This document shows positions 62,738-64,000 of a DNA stretch of 64,000 bases, one piece after another. Positions within the stretch are counted from its first letter, which is position 1. Each line of letters starts with the position of its first letter. This DNA comes from Escherichia coli (GTDB lineage: Bacteria; Pseudomonadota; Gammaproteobacteria; Enterobacterales; Enterobacteriaceae), in the NCBI RefSeq assembly GCF_045037415.1, contig NZ_CP173438.1; one strand, given 5' to 3'. The notes under the pieces were generated by a model. The model did not search any database, was not told the DNA's origin, and was given only the letters and a program-made list of their open reading frames with translations. A program made the translations under genes and the position numbers.

Positions 62738-64000
62738 GATAACTTCCTGTTAATCACGCAATCCGGGCTTGCCGTCAGGCTTCCGGTATTACCGTTGATT
62801 TCAAAACCCTGAACCTGGCGCATTTGTGAGAAATGATTTGCCAACGACCAGGCATCGACACCCATCGCATACATGCGAGCCAGCGAATAATCGTTGTTCA
62901 CCGCGCTGAGCGCCTGCTGCATTAACGGCAGATTACCGCCTGCCAGCATCGGGATTTCGCTGTACTGCAAGCCTTCCATCTCCAGGCGGAAATCCGGGCC
63001 AGCGGTCCCTTGCGCACTGCGGGAACTGGCGTACAGCGTTGCACCGCTCTGGCTACCGTTACGCATGGCGATCATCGGTTTGATAAAAGCGATTTCACCC
63101 GGCGTTGCCACAATGTACACCGCATCGACACGACCGCCATTATTGGTGAACTGGTCATCGGTTGGCGTGGTTTGCAGCGTTGGATTGTTGGTCGTCATGC
63201 CGGAGTCGGTTGTCGCTCTGGGAGTAATCGGGCTACCCGTTAAAGCAATACCAGAACCGCCGTTAACACCCGCGCGTAATTCGCTGGTGGAACCAAATTT
63301 TTGTTGCAGAACGGTGCCGCCACCCAGTTTCTGCCACTCTTGCGCAAACGCATTGGCTACGCGATCGCCCAATGAACTGCGCGGGATCAGCACCAGCGGC
63401 GCTTGTTTACCCTGGTCACGAATATGACGCGCTGCATCGCGCGCTTCGTCTTCTGGCGAAAGCGCGAAGTAACAAATATTGACGCGGTTTTCGATATTCT
63501 CCGGCTGGTTCAGTGCCAGCACGTTCAGCGGGGTGTTGCTCTTCAGCAACTCTTCAACGTTATTTTTCAGCAACGGACCGACCACAATACTCGCACCATC
63601 CTGCTGAACCTGGCTTAAGATCTGGCTAAGTGGTTGTGATGAGGTATCGTAGATTTTCAGCTCTGCGGATGGATTTGCGGGTGCGTTTACCGCTGCGGTG
63701 CTTGTCGCCGGGGCGCTTACAGGTACCGGCTGGGCCGCAGGCTGTTCACCGGTCAGATCGCTAACCGAAGCTTGTGCCGGGCTGGCAACGCCATCCACGG
63801 TTTGCGGCTGAGGTTGTTCTGCTACGTCTGCGGCAGGTGCGGCAGCTACCTGGGCCGCCACTGGCTGAGTGCCGATATTTTTCGCCGCTTCAAAGCCTTG
63901 CTGAATAGTGCGACCAAATACCGCTGCCTGGCCATTCAGCGGCAACAGCAGGGCGATTTTGTTGGTCGATGCTGGTTTAAACGCTTTTACGTTAACCAAC
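62695..64000 (-). CDS. lpoA: PBP1a activator lipoprotein LpoA, C-terminal ~434 codons (5' end beyond right window edge)
   Basis: The frame is open to the window edge, so the track's TTG start at 63999 is an edge artefact. P/A/Q-rich linker ([19 protein letters not shown]...) followed by a periplasmic-binding-protein-like domain. Matches LpoA (YraM). Confidence 0.95.

Overview
This window is ordinary enterobacterial core chromosome. Gene content, order and lengths match the Escherichia coli K-12 gltB-to-lpoA segment as I recall it, shown here in reverse orientation. The order is: gltB (partial), yhcC, arcB, the sRNA ArcZ, elbB-mtgA, yrbL, the rpoN-hpf-ptsN-rapZ-npr and kdsD-kdsC-lptC-lptA-lptB clusters, yrbG, mlaFEDCB-ibaG-murA, sfsB, ispB, rplU-rpmA-yhbE-obgE, dacB, greA, yhbY, rlmE-ftsH-folP-glmM, secG-leuU, yhbX, argG, metY-rimP-nusA-infB-rbfA-truB-rpsO-pnp-nlpI, yrbN-deaD, mtr, yhbW, ubiV-ubiU / ubiT-yhbS, yhbQ, yhbP, yhbO, yraR, yraQ, dolP-diaA-yraN-lpoA (partial). 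I call 65 CDS, 2 tRNAs, 2 sRNAs, four REP/BIME repeats, and a set of intrinsic terminators and operator or promoter sites that can be read directly. Several ORF-track entries start at upstream alternative codons, so I trimmed them to the start that gives the recognised protein. gltB is missing from the track because its minus-strand frame runs off the left edge. It is not K-12 itself, because metY carries G rather than A at tRNA position 46. I found no integrase, transposase, IS end, prophage gene, CRISPR array or unexplained multi-gene insert, including next to the two tRNA genes. I therefore do not claim a novel system. The findings are modest: under-characterised single genes (yhcC, yrbL, yhbX, yraQ, the yhbS/Q/P/O cluster) and RNA-level structures (a 14-bp inverted repeat covering the yhbW ribosome-binding site, overlapping sRNA/mRNA arrangements, small overlapping ORFs). 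All homology statements rest on my reading of the translations and recall of E. coli proteins. No database search was run.
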